A stretch of 64,000 bases of DNA, from IMG/VR virus record IMGVR_UViG_3300010938_000026; one strand, 5' to 3'. Under the pieces are notes generated by a model, which was not told where the DNA came from, made no database searches, and saw nothing but the letters and a program-made list of their open reading frames with translations. Shown piece by piece: positions 29,238-38,619 of this stretch (positions within the stretch are counted from its first letter, which is position 1; each line of letters begins with the position of its first letter). Both the position numbers and the translations under genes were made by a program. Origin of the DNA: an uncultured virus (IMG/VR IMGVR_UViG_3300010938_000026) (taxonomy: Duplodnaviria > Heunggongvirae > Uroviricota > Caudoviricetes).

Positions 29238-30508
29238 GCAAACGGAAGAAAGCTCAGCCGGAACTGATCGTTACTGACTCCGCATTCGATCGCGCTCGAC
29301 AGGAAGTCGAGCGCGAGATTGCGGAGATCACCGACCTTCCGTGCTACAGTCCGCATATCGCCCTACGGTTTCCTTCTTTTGCCCTTAAATACCTCATTCA
29401 GTACGAAGGATTCCCGCTTGGGTGCTTCGTAATGATTGTGGGTAAAAAAGGGAGCTTTAAGTCCTTGCTGTCCATTGAAATTGCAAAATGGCACGCTCAG
29501 TACGCTGGGCTCACCATTTTGCTGGACTCCGAAGGCGGCGCAATTCCCTTAGCACAGAGCATCCTCGGCAAGCAGGTCATGGCTTACAATTGCGCCGCGC
29601 TGGAGGACTGGCAGGTTCTTCTGACGAGGCTCAGCCGCAAGCTTGGCGATATGGTCGATAATGGGGCGGTATTCCCGGTGTGTTACATTATCGACTCGAT
29701 TGTTGGTGCCGAATCCAAGGATGTAGGTGCCAAGATCGAAGAAGAGGGATTTAACAAAGGGTCATATCCTGTTGAAGCCAAGCTAATCGCCGGCTACCTC
29801 CGACATAAGAACCGGCTACTACTGAAGTATCCATTTACATTAGTAGGCACCAACCATCTACGTGAGGTCCTCAACCCGATGACCGGGACGCCGGAGGAAC
29901 GTATCCCCGGCGGAACCAGTCTGGAATACCATGCTCATCTGATCCTGAAGACTAAGAAGACCAAAAGACCAGAGTTCAGCGGAGATGCATATGAGGGATC
30001 CGTCACCATCTCTGTGGAAAAGGACCGACTGGGTGCTGAAGGGAAATCCATTGACGTACCTATCCGGTTTTTCCGCAACGAGAAAGACGAGACCGTCACT
30101 GAAATGAATTGGCACCACGCCACAGCTGAGCTCTTAAGCAAAGGGACATTTTTCCCGGTCCGCACACGGGATCGTATCATGAAGCGGTTGCGGGAAATCA
30201 TTAACGTCGAGGCAAAGTCAGCAGGGCCGTATGGTCTGCGTTATTACTGCAAAGAACTTGACATCAGTGCTGACGATGCGGTTGACGCGGAAGAATTGAG
30301 TCTGGCATTAGAAGCACGGCAGGACATCCTGGACGAGTTGTATCGTCTATTCCTGATCCGCAAAGCCCCATTCTTTCAGCAAGGTATCGCCTATGCAGAA
30401 CAACTGGAGAACGCTACCAAATCCGGATTCCAGCCCATCGCTGAGCATATTCCGCGAAATGAGCACGAGGACGATCCGGTGGACCGAGAAGGTAACAATA
30501 CTCCATAA
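29234..30508 (+). CDS. uvsX: RecA/UvsX-like recombinase
   Basis: Walker A GKKGSFKS (UvsX-type FKS), LDSEG, IIDSI, TNHLR, PGGTSLEYHA. Confidence 0.88.
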   Translation: MSKRKKAQPELIVTDSAFDRARQEVEREIAEITDLPCYSPHIALRFPSFALKYLIQYEGFPLGCFVMIVGKKGSFKSLLSIEIAKWHAQYAGLTILLDSEGGAIPLAQSILGKQVMAYNCAALEDWQVLLTRLSRKLGDMVDNGAVFPVCYIIDSIVGAESKDVGAKIEEEGFNKGSYPVEAKLIAGYLRHKNRLLLKYPFTLVGTNHLREVLNPMTGTPEERIPGGTSLEYHAHLILKTKKTKRPEFSGDAYEGSVTISVEKDRLGAEGKSIDVPIRFFRNEKDETVTEMNWHHATAELLSKGTFFPVRTRDRIMKRLREIINVEAKSAGPYGLRYYCKELDISADDAVDAEELSLALEARQDILDELYRLFLIRKAPFFQQGIAYAEQLENATKSGFQPIAEHIPRNEHEDDPVDREGNNTP

Positions 30509-30977
30509 GAACATGTTCCATGCGACCGCTCATGCGTTTATCAGGACGTCAGAAAACGGCACGCCGACGATAGGGGAATTTGTTTTTGACCCAGACTTAG
30601 ACACCCTCGTTTATCGTCCCATGGAGTCAATCGAACCTGGGGGTGCCCGCGGGTCAATCCATCAGATGGTGTTCATCGGAGGCTACGAAGTTGCCCCGTC
30701 ATTCCTCTACGATCTCCTGGCGGGTCGTAAGGCCATACTGAGTGACATCATCTCGATATTTTCCCGGCTTAAGCCTTTGACACCTCCGCATTCTTTACCT
30801 ACCGTGGTAATAACCGTGCGAGAGCAAAAGTCACATTTGTTCATGCTACCGGCGCGCATTCCCTTGGCGCAGCTCAGTTGCCGATTCGGGACGGCCAGCA
30901 ACGCCAGTGGAACGCTTGAGGTGGCGGATTACGACGAGTTCGTCAAAGAGGTATTGCAAAGTGATTCGCATTCGTGA
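30393..30977 (+). CDS. Hypothetical protein
   Basis: ORF in the operon; start uncertain. Confidence 0.5.
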   Translation: MQNNWRTLPNPDSSPSLSIFREMSTRTIRWTEKVTILHKNMFHATAHAFIRTSENGTPTIGEFVFDPDLDTLVYRPMESIEPGGARGSIHQMVFIGGYEVAPSFLYDLLAGRKAILSDIISIFSRLKPLTPPHSLPTVVITVREQKSHLFMLPARIPLAQLSCRFGTASNASGTLEVADYDEFVKEVLQSDSHS

Positions 30978-31770
30978 TGGCATAGCCATCCGATATGAGG
31001 CATGGGAAAGCATACCTGATCTCTCACGCTGGATAACGCAGTTTATCCATAGATGCGTCGTCCAGCGACTGAACCAGCGTGACCTGTTATTGCGGCCCGG
31101 CACGGTCACCCGTGCCGGGTATCGCTTTACTCAGACCTCAGCGACCCAGCTCCTTCAAATCTCCACGCAAAAAGAACACCGCCATCCGTTCCCGTGGCTC
31201 TCCAATCAGAATATCAACTACCGGATCATGAACATTCTGATCGAGGAAGGATGGCGTAACTTAAGTCCCTACTTCACCTTAATCGACCCGGAAGAAAAGC
31301 TCATCGAGGGTTTTGTCCGAACCACTAAGGACATCCCCAAGTACCTCGTTTCAGCACAGGCTTTGATCCGCGCAGCGGAAATAACCAATACCACAGAAGA
31401 TTTGAAATTGGACCTGTGGTGGGGCTTTCTATGGCACTCGGGCATGTTTATAATTGCCCGTCAGCCCAAAAATTTAATCTTCGGATTAAAATTGGCTTCA
31501 CAGAAAATCGAGGTATCATCCATTGTTAACGAGTACGGACCGACCACCGATTTGAGCGTCTTGGATCGCATCGTCAGGGAAAGGCGAAAATACTGCAACG
31601 CCCGGATCACGTCGGCGCCCGCACTTGTTAAAACAGTACGTGGGGTGTTAGCTAGGTTAGGTGATTTGAGGGAGTTCCGTCATGGCTGGGTCGCTTACAA
31701 GTCAGCAGTCGAGCAACTTGATGAGTCTGGACGATCCAATTCTGGAAAGCCCGGAGCAGGTGATCAGTAG
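30907..31770 (+). CDS. Hypothetical protein
   Basis: 287-aa ORF; contains one copy of the palindromic site. Confidence 0.55.
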   Translation: MERLRWRITTSSSKRYCKVIRIRDGIAIRYEAWESIPDLSRWITQFIHRCVVQRLNQRDLLLRPGTVTRAGYRFTQTSATQLLQISTQKEHRHPFPWLSNQNINYRIMNILIEEGWRNLSPYFTLIDPEEKLIEGFVRTTKDIPKYLVSAQALIRAAEITNTTEDLKLDLWWGFLWHSGMFIIARQPKNLIFGLKLASQKIEVSSIVNEYGPTTDLSVLDRIVRERRKYCNARITSAPALVKTVRGVLARLGDLREFRHGWVAYKSAVEQLDESGRSNSGKPGAGDQ

Positions 31771-32434
31771 CTTCAACGAGCATGAACGTCAGGTTTATGA
31801 AGATTTGGCGGACCGGTTAGCTCGCATGGTCCGCGGGGAAATTCGCGCGCGGTACGAAATCGCACAACGTATCCATGAAGTTTATTACCGCATGCAGACG
31901 AGCGGTTCATTGTACGGGCAAAGGTTCTTGCATCGGCTGGCAATAGCTCTTGGTTTCAAATCCGCGGGTCCGTTCCGTGAGATGATTCAGATTGTAGATC
32001 GCTGGCCGACCTTGGAATCCCTGGAAAAAGAAGTCCTCAGCAGGATTAAGAACATTAGCTGGAAGAAGATTTTGCTTATCGCGCGACTGGAACCCGAGGA
32101 ATTCGCTGAATGCGCGGAGGAGATTAGCAACATGACAGTAGAGGAGCTGCGGAATCAAACCCGCACCGATACTGCCAAACCCGGTCGTTCCTTTGAGAAA
32201 CTCGAAACTGTCGAAGAGCTCCTCCGCGACATCGAATCTTCTACCTCGCGCCTGAAAAAGAAAGTCGAAACTCAATGGAAAGCCTTTGACCTGAAGAAAC
32301 TTGTGGCTAGACTGGAAGTTGGGGATGCGGAAATTGAGGAAATGTTGCTTTCAGCCAGCCAGAAGCTTGGTGAACTGGCCCGCGCCCTTGACCTCTATGC
32401 TCAAGAGCTCGATACGTTTTTGGCCAACACATGA
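31682..32434 (+). CDS. Hypothetical helical/coiled-coil protein (likely start 31721)
   Basis: 250-aa ORF, ATGA-coupled to the next gene. Confidence 0.65.
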   Translation: MAGSLTSQQSSNLMSLDDPILESPEQVISSFNEHERQVYEDLADRLARMVRGEIRARYEIAQRIHEVYYRMQTSGSLYGQRFLHRLAIALGFKSAGPFREMIQIVDRWPTLESLEKEVLSRIKNISWKKILLIARLEPEEFAECAEEISNMTVEELRNQTRTDTAKPGRSFEKLETVEELLRDIESSTSRLKKKVETQWKAFDLKKLVARLEVGDAEIEEMLLSASQKLGELARALDLYAQELDTFLANT

Positions 32435-32865
32435 TCATCTTAAATCACATTGGTAAGGCTTTCAGCAGTCCAAATTTGACTATTATTTGCGTCAGTGGAG
32501 GGATTATCGTCAGTCAGACGCAAGTCGCTGACGAAAAGCGCGACGAAGTTCCCCAGCACTATTACATACTCCCAAGCAACGTACGTGAGGCTCTGCACTG
32601 TCCTGGCGACGTGGACGAATTTGAGATTGTCGGCGGAAAACGCCGCTGGTGCCACTGCACAAATCATGTCGGGATTCCAATGTTCGAGGTCCGGACCATG
32701 GATGCCGGCCCCAACGGAATCGCCCCGTTGCTGATGCTGGACAAACTATACAGTACCATGACTGACGAGGAAGCCAAAACCTATTCAGTCGTGGCGGTAT
32801 TCAACACCGAACAGGTTCTCCAGGAAAACAGGATGCATTTCGGAGCCATCCGATGGGTCGGGTAA
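32431..32865 (+). CDS. Hypothetical protein
   Basis: 144-aa coupled ORF. Confidence 0.55.
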   Translation: MIILNHIGKAFSSPNLTIICVSGGIIVSQTQVADEKRDEVPQHYYILPSNVREALHCPGDVDEFEIVGGKRRWCHCTNHVGIPMFEVRTMDAGPNGIAPLLMLDKLYSTMTDEEAKTYSVVAVFNTEQVLQENRMHFGAIRWVG

Positions 32866-33239
32866 TTTATATCAACATTGACGATCTTCCGCGTGTCGAT
32901 AAGAAAGCGAATGTCGCGTTTCTGTCCCGCGACTTTCTGCAGGTCGGGAAGGTCTTGAAACTGCAAGCCATGCACGTCATAGACGACAATAAAGTCGCAT
33001 GGGCCGACGTGACTAGCGCTGAACCCGAGGTGCCCCTTTACGAGGCGATGAAACACGACGATGACGCGGACTGGTTGTGTGTTATTAACACAGCGGCATT
33101 TGTCTGGCGGCATGCGTACAAGGATGGCTTCAATCAGGTCTGGATTTTGCACAAGTATTTGTCGGAATCACATCCGGCAATTTTTGGTGGTCTAAGAGGA
33201 ATTGTGGAAATCAACGATGAAGCCGACGGAAACCCTTGA
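32853..33239 (+). CDS. Hypothetical protein
   Basis: 128-aa ORF with GGAG upstream. Confidence 0.55.
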   Translation: MGRVIYINIDDLPRVDKKANVAFLSRDFLQVGKVLKLQAMHVIDDNKVAWADVTSAEPEVPLYEAMKHDDDADWLCVINTAAFVWRHAYKDGFNQVWILHKYLSESHPAIFGGLRGIVEINDEADGNP

Positions 33240-33837
33240 CAAAACCTTACACCATTGCCATGATACACTTAAACAGTTTCGCGGAAAAACCCTTGATGAT
33301 TCTACGTGCCACACATTAAGTTTCTGCCTTAAACGTGATTTGAGTTCAGTTGTTCGATTACCTTATGAGACTGTACTGAAGACCATTGAAACGTTTCGAG
33401 GACTAACCGTTAACGACGAGATTGCACGAGATATTGCTTATTTGATTTCAGGAAATTTACAGCAGCTTAAAGTTCAATCGATTCGTGGATGTAAGTATTT
33501 TGGAGCAGCTTACGATTCTTCAGCCCTTTGTGTGTTTACAGAATTTCGTGATAAGAACATGGGACTTCGAGTTATTACCGGACCACATGCAGGTGATTTG
33601 ATCTTTGTTCCGATGCCTAAAGAGCGAGCGAGCAGAATAGCCTATCAGATTGGAATGCAAGTTAGTGAACATCAACGACTTAGGAACAGTCCGATTTTTC
33701 GTTACATTGGTGATTTGATTGGTCATTTTGCACGAGTTGAGATCCAGCGTTTGAATGGTTCATGTCGAGTATTACGGATATTTGGTGATAAAAAAGTGCG
33801 ACAGATGAACAAACAAGGTGATGTATGCTGCAAGTAA
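33202..33837 (+). CDS. Hypothetical protein
   Basis: 211-aa ORF in a lower-GC patch. Confidence 0.6.
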   Translation: MWKSTMKPTETLDKTLHHCHDTLKQFRGKTLDDSTCHTLSFCLKRDLSSVVRLPYETVLKTIETFRGLTVNDEIARDIAYLISGNLQQLKVQSIRGCKYFGAAYDSSALCVFTEFRDKNMGLRVITGPHAGDLIFVPMPKERASRIAYQIGMQVSEHQRLRNSPIFRYIGDLIGHFARVEIQRLNGSCRVLRIFGDKKVRQMNKQGDVCCK

Positions 33838-34268
33838 GACCGCTCGTTGGAACGCCAGCAGATCGTCAGTTTTATAATCCCGCGCGTGATTTAGCAAATT
33901 GTGGGCTGAACATTGTACATGTTGGTATGCAATTCTTGGATCACTGGCTGAAGTTACCTGAAACTCGCAGTTACATGGAAGCTAACAATATTACTGATCG
34001 AGAAGTTTACGAAGCGGTCGCGAAATTTGGAGATATGTTCGTTGACGTATTGACCACAAGAACCCATGAAGCCGCACGCCTATCAGGATTTGACAAAGCA
34101 CGACTCGCAGTCAGGAACTTGATTCTTGCCGCTATTGGTTACGCTTTTACGGATGCAACATTTTTCGCAGTTCAGGAATCCTTCGCAGCTGATGGAACAC
34201 CACCGATTTCACGTGATGAGTTGATTAAAGAAGTGAAACGGTTGTGTATGAAAAGGCTTGAAACCTGA
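33825..34268 (+). CDS. Hypothetical protein
   Basis: 147-aa ORF, TGATG-coupled to the next gene. Confidence 0.6.
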   Translation: MLQVRPLVGTPADRQFYNPARDLANCGLNIVHVGMQFLDHWLKLPETRSYMEANNITDREVYEAVAKFGDMFVDVLTTRTHEAARLSGFDKARLAVRNLILAAIGYAFTDATFFAVQESFAADGTPPISRDELIKEVKRLCMKRLET

Positions 34269-34864
34269 TGTTGAGCATAGCATTGACGACAACTGGTTTA
34301 GACCCTAAGTTTGACACGTTGCTGATTGTTGGAATATTTGATCCTGACACAGAAAAGACATTTGAGTTTTTTCCAAGATTTGATCCAGAATTGATTGATT
34401 ACATTGCTAACGCGATGACATTAGTGGAATTGGATGCAAAATTTCGAGGAAAAGATTGCCCTGCATATCCTTATACCATTGAAGAGATAATCGAGAGACA
34501 CGGTGCCGATCATGAGTTGCAGGATAGGTTAGACGCCGCAGGGGCTGTGCTTTTGCACGGCCCTTGGGCGTCTGACTTTTTAACGGAACGGAATTTCCAA
34601 CTCCCAGAACGGGTCAAATTCTTACGTGACGCTCTTGAAAGCGTCCACCCAGATCTCGTGTACACCCGATGGGATGAGTTAGCCGAGATCTGTAATATAC
34701 CCCTAGCGGGTAGGAATTTAGGATTCCCGACTGAACGGGCCAAACTTCAATGGCAGATTTACCAGACGATTCAAAACTACAGGGAGAAATCCAAGACGTT
34801 AGAATCATCAATCCTGCCGACAGCAAACCCCAGTTCAGAGAATACAGACCAGACTGTATCCTGA
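34268..34864 (+). CDS. DnaQ/DEDD exonuclease-like protein, probably inactive
   Basis: SIALTTTGLDPKFDTLLIVG matches D-x-E-TTGL...D.IIEIG with D and E replaced; LLHGPWASDFL resembles ExoII. Confidence 0.5.
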   Translation: MLSIALTTTGLDPKFDTLLIVGIFDPDTEKTFEFFPRFDPELIDYIANAMTLVELDAKFRGKDCPAYPYTIEEIIERHGADHELQDRLDAAGAVLLHGPWASDFLTERNFQLPERVKFLRDALESVHPDLVYTRWDELAEICNIPLAGRNLGFPTERAKLQWQIYQTIQNYREKSKTLESSILPTANPSSENTDQTVS

Positions 34865-35358
34865 TCACACATGCGATAGTACCCATCATTTTGGGCACCG
34901 ATCCGATAAAAGGTTTGTGTCAGCAGCACGGTATCAATCTATGGTGCCGTCTGCTGACCAAACCTTTTATTCGTTTTACGCCAGCTACTTTCGAGACGGG
35001 CATCTCCAAAGCACTAACACTACCCTTTGACCGCGCTCTCTTTTTCGTCACATTACCTGACTGGCAGAAACTGAAATCTATTACTGATGAGCTTTCTATC
35101 TACATCGACGGGCAATGCAATATTGCCGTATGGGAACGCATGCAGATGCCTGACGTAGAGGAATTGAACCTCAAGAAGGCACGAATCAGCATACTGGGTT
35201 TGTGCGACCCAAAACGCTATCTCAAACCGGTCTTTGAAAATGGCTACATAACTTTCATCCGTACTGACCCACTTCCATATTCTGGAGCCATTGCCTCAGA
35301 GCACACTGAGATTAAAGATCAAATTCTGGACCAGTTAAAGGAATGGAAAGACCGCTAA
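34750..35358 (+). CDS. Hypothetical protein
   Basis: 202-aa ORF ending the operon. Confidence 0.5.
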   Translation: MADLPDDSKLQGEIQDVRIINPADSKPQFREYRPDCILITHAIVPIILGTDPIKGLCQQHGINLWCRLLTKPFIRFTPATFETGISKALTLPFDRALFFVTLPDWQKLKSITDELSIYIDGQCNIAVWERMQMPDVEELNLKKARISILGLCDPKRYLKPVFENGYITFIRTDPLPYSGAIASEHTEIKDQILDQLKEWKDR

Positions 35359-35374
35359 ACTACAGTGCGTAGTT

Positions 35375-35383
35375 TGGCATAAT
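35375..35383 (+). promoter_or_regulatory. Putative extended -10 promoter
   Basis: TGgCATAAT in an intergenic gap before an AGGAGG-led gene. Confidence 0.4.
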
Positions 35384-35427
35384 CTCATGGCGGGCCGCTG
35401 GTGAGATCCATAGCGTAGGAGGATACT

Positions 35428-35961
35428 ATGTGCAGGATGGAAGGTGAGATAAAACTCTCATTCCTCGGGTCGATGCGCCTGTTGCAGTTCCTGAAGGACA
35501 AGCACCTTGTCAATCGTTACGGTTATCTGTGTAACCGCGGGGTGCCTGTCAGTCAGGATGATATGCCACATTATCGGACACGTGGCAGGAAACTGACCAT
35601 ACCTGATTTCGATTACCCCAGCGAGTTCTATGAACTTCTCAAAGAACTCAAATGGACCGGCTGGCTTATCGTATCACGGCCGGACGATGAGTGGATGGAC
35701 ATCTGGGTATCGAAATCCAGACAGCGCCTGAACACGCGGCATCTCTGGGATTGGATCCTGGAGACAAAGACCTATGTTCTGCATAGGTCTATCGAGACCG
35801 AGGAATATTCCATCGCGCGCGGGGCAGAGTTGGGGCACAACCTTGCTAAGATGTTGATCGTCCAGTGGCTGGTCCCACCTGTTGATGAGGAACAAGCAAC
35901 ACAAGAGATGAAGAATAGACGTGAGATCAGCAGCCGTCTCCAGCGGTTGCTGATACAATAA
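35428..35961 (+). CDS. Hypothetical protein
   Basis: Strong AGGAGG SD; 177 aa. Confidence 0.7.
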   Translation: MCRMEGEIKLSFLGSMRLLQFLKDKHLVNRYGYLCNRGVPVSQDDMPHYRTRGRKLTIPDFDYPSEFYELLKELKWTGWLIVSRPDDEWMDIWVSKSRQRLNTRHLWDWILETKTYVLHRSIETEEYSIARGAELGHNLAKMLIVQWLVPPVDEEQATQEMKNRREISSRLQRLLIQ

Positions 35962-35981
35962 CCATTGCTTCAGGGTGCCAC

Positions 35982-36040
35982 GCCGACAGCTGGCGGTTCA
36001 TGTGGTTGGGCCTGCCGTCCGTCAGCTGTCGGCTATTTTT
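35982..36040 (+). terminator. Intrinsic terminator-like hairpin
   Basis: GCCGACAGCTGGCGG / CCGTCAGCTGTCGGC 15-bp stem followed by TATTTTTT. Confidence 0.7.
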
Positions 36041-36053
36041 CTAGGAGGAGCGA

Positions 36054-37553
36054 ATGTTTCTGAAATACTTTAAGGCTGCATACCCGGTACTCGCGGTCGA
36101 GACCTTTGAAGAATGGCGCGTTGCCAGGACGATTCACGCCGAAGTGACAGAGTACATGTCCAAGAAGGAGAACAAAGGCCGGTGGGCCAATGTCTACTTC
36201 ATTGGCGTGCGCGGCGGCTTGTACGACCTGAACCGTAATCGGATCGTGGATGACTCCGCAAACTACGAACAGGTCTGGCAGATGGCTTCATCGTCGTCGA
36301 TGATCGTCATCGTGGCTGACTTCCGGCATTTGTGCGTTAGCCCGGCTCATTACCGGCCGCTGCTCAACGCTATTCCAGGGTTCAAGCGGTGCGGAAGCAC
36401 AATTGTCCTGGCTGGGCCAGTCTGGAAGCTGCCAGAAGAATTGCAGCATATCGCGCCGGTCATTGAGTATCCGCTACCTACACGGGAAGAGCTCAAGGCT
36501 GCGCTGCAGGTCATCGTCAGCAATGTGAATGCCAAGGCGACCAGTGCCTCGCAACGGCTGCCCGATCCGCTACCTAATGAACAAGAAATTCTTGATGCAG
36601 CGGCGGGCCTCACCATGGAAGAGGCCGAAAACGTCATCGCGCTGGCGCTGCGTCCAGATGGCATTGATCATCACGTGGTGCTGACCGAGAAGATGCGCCT
36701 TGTCCGGCAGACTACCGGCTTGAGCATCCTGCAACCTCAGCCACTTGAAGTCCTCGGTGGATTGAGCAACTTCAAGAAATGGCTCCAAGAGGAAGTGGTC
36801 CCGAATAAGCGCGATCTGGACCTGGCGGTTCGCGCTATGCTGTTCGTCGGACCTCCGGGCACTGGCAAGAGTCTTGCTGCACGTTGCCTGGCTAAAGCCC
36901 TCGAGTATCCGATCATCGGGCTGGACCTGGCCGCTTGTCGCGGACAGTACGTCGGTGCTACTGAGAGCAACGTACGTCGCGCCCTCCAGATGGCCGATGC
37001 CGTTGCCCCGTCCATCCTGCGTCTGGATGAAATTGACTCGGCGTTAGGCGGTTATGCTTCATCGGCGCATACCGACGGCGGCGTCACGTTAAACGTCCTG
37101 TCGATGCTTCAGACCTGGTTGCAGGACAACAAGAAGCCCATCGTCGTGGTTGGCACAGCGAACTACCCGGACCGGATTCCGCCAGCTCTCATGCGCGCCG
37201 GTCGTATGGATGCAATCTGGGTCTTTGATCTGCCGACCACAGAAGAACGACGCGAGATCGCGCGGATCCATTTGCGCCGATTCGTTGACAACAATCAGGC
37301 GGAGAAATTCGCGGAAGTTATCGCGAGTCTCACGGAGGGCTATACGGGCGCTGAAATCGAGGGTATCGTAAAGACGGCGGCCCGTGCCACGCAGCGCAAG
37401 TTGCGCCATGATGTCATTATGACAGCAGTAGGTACGATCGTGCCTCTGTCCCGGTCAAAGGCGGAGGAGATCAATAACATGCGGAAATGGGGAGAGAAGT
37501 TCGCTCGCTTCGCCAATGAAGAGGCTGCAGACGAGACAAAACGGCGCTTGTAA
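36054..37553 (+). CDS. AAA+ ATPase (Ycf46-like)
   Basis: YPVLAVETFEEWR N-terminus; LGGLSNFKKWL; Walker A GPPGTGKS; YVGATESN; RLDEID; TAN; PPALMRAGRMD. Confidence 0.9.
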   Translation: MFLKYFKAAYPVLAVETFEEWRVARTIHAEVTEYMSKKENKGRWANVYFIGVRGGLYDLNRNRIVDDSANYEQVWQMASSSSMIVIVADFRHLCVSPAHYRPLLNAIPGFKRCGSTIVLAGPVWKLPEELQHIAPVIEYPLPTREELKAALQVIVSNVNAKATSASQRLPDPLPNEQEILDAAAGLTMEEAENVIALALRPDGIDHHVVLTEKMRLVRQTTGLSILQPQPLEVLGGLSNFKKWLQEEVVPNKRDLDLAVRAMLFVGPPGTGKSLAARCLAKALEYPIIGLDLAACRGQYVGATESNVRRALQMADAVAPSILRLDEIDSALGGYASSAHTDGGVTLNVLSMLQTWLQDNKKPIVVVGTANYPDRIPPALMRAGRMDAIWVFDLPTTEERREIARIHLRRFVDNNQAEKFAEVIASLTEGYTGAEIEGIVKTAARATQRKLRHDVIMTAVGTIVPLSRSKAEEINNMRKWGEKFARFANEEAADETKRRL

Positions 37554-37566
37554 CCAAGGAGAAGGT

Positions 37567-38178
37567 ATGCAAACCAAGTTTTACTGCCCGCGGACATGTC
37601 CGCAGTATAACGAACCACAGTGCCGGTTCATGCCGGTCCTTGAGTGGTTCACGGACGAGATCGTCAACAGTGAGACCACGACCGTTCAGGTCAAATTCAA
37701 GCGGCTCGATGTGCTCCAGCGTGTGGTTGCCGAAATGAAAGGCACCCTCGAAATGGAAGAGAAAGAGCACACGGTATGGACCCGGCGCTTCAAAGGCCGT
37801 GCTATCCGTCTGCCTGGGTGGCAGCACCCCATTGTCTGGGATGGAAACCAGCTCATCTTCGACCATTACAACGGAAAATGGGGCAACCCCAAAGACATTG
37901 ATACCCTCATGGGTAAGTATGTCAAAGCAGCTGCCGCAGCCGTTGCTGATGAGCTTAGCTGGACCCGTCAGGTTAACGAGGACGGAACTGTCACCATCTA
38001 TCATCCGTCTGGCGGTGTGCTGACCGTATCTCCGAGCGGTATCGTTGATGCCACGGGATTCGTTGGCAACGCCTGCCACGACGCGGTTGGACAGATCACT
38101 GCTGCATTGGGTGACGTGACCCATCAGGGCCTCAAGTGCGAGGCTAACCTGCAGCAGAACATGCAGCAGAACCAATAA
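37567..38178 (+). CDS. DUF1257 (Ycf35)-like plus DUF2997-like fusion
   Basis: IFDHYNGKWG...EDGTVTI followed by VSPSGIVDATGFVGNACHDAVGQITAALG; usual partners of Ycf46-like ATPases. Confidence 0.6.
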   Translation: MQTKFYCPRTCPQYNEPQCRFMPVLEWFTDEIVNSETTTVQVKFKRLDVLQRVVAEMKGTLEMEEKEHTVWTRRFKGRAIRLPGWQHPIVWDGNQLIFDHYNGKWGNPKDIDTLMGKYVKAAAAAVADELSWTRQVNEDGTVTIYHPSGGVLTVSPSGIVDATGFVGNACHDAVGQITAALGDVTHQGLKCEANLQQNMQQNQ

Positions 38179-38194
38179 ACCATCGTTCCTCCGC

Positions 38195-38253
38195 GGGCGG
38201 TGCAAGGCCCTTTCTCCACCCCAAAACCTTGTGCTTTGCACCGCCCTTTTTTT
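38195..38253 (+). terminator. Intrinsic terminator
   Basis: GGGCGGTGCAAGGC / GCTTTGCACCGCCC stem plus T7. Confidence 0.8.
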
Positions 38254-38268
38254 CTATGAGGCTGAGTT

Positions 38269-38619
38269 ATGCCAGACAAACCATGGAAGCAGTTTGAACG
38301 GCGTATTGCCAGATTTTTCGGAGCAGTTCGGAACAGTCTAAGCGGGCGTAACAGCAAGGTCACGTCCGCGGATTGCATCCACGACCATTTATACATCGAA
38401 GCGAAATGGCGTGCATCGAGCGCCCTCTTCACGCTGTTTGAAAAGGTGAGGGAGGAGGCAAACAAAGAACGCAAACTGCCCGTTATCGCGCTGCATCGAA
38501 AGGGTCGTAAGTATGACCTGATTTGTTGTCGGGCAGAAGATCTGAAAATCATTGCACAGTACGTAAAGCCTGAAGTATTGAAGGAGGAGGAAAATGGCTC
38601 ACGAGATCACGGTCCGTGA
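38269..38619 (+). CDS. PD-(D/E)XK nuclease, Holliday junction resolvase-like
   Basis: WKQFERRIA...SADC...YIEAK...PVIALHR. Confidence 0.75.
   Translation: MPDKPWKQFERRIARFFGAVRNSLSGRNSKVTSADCIHDHLYIEAKWRASSALFTLFEKVREEANKERKLPVIALHRKGRKYDLICCRAEDLKIIAQYVKPEVLKEEENGSRDHGP

Noticed and set aside
37471..38241. 256-aa minus-strand ORF and other long antisense ORFs
   Set aside because: They lie opposite well-supported + strand genes and show no recognisable motifs.
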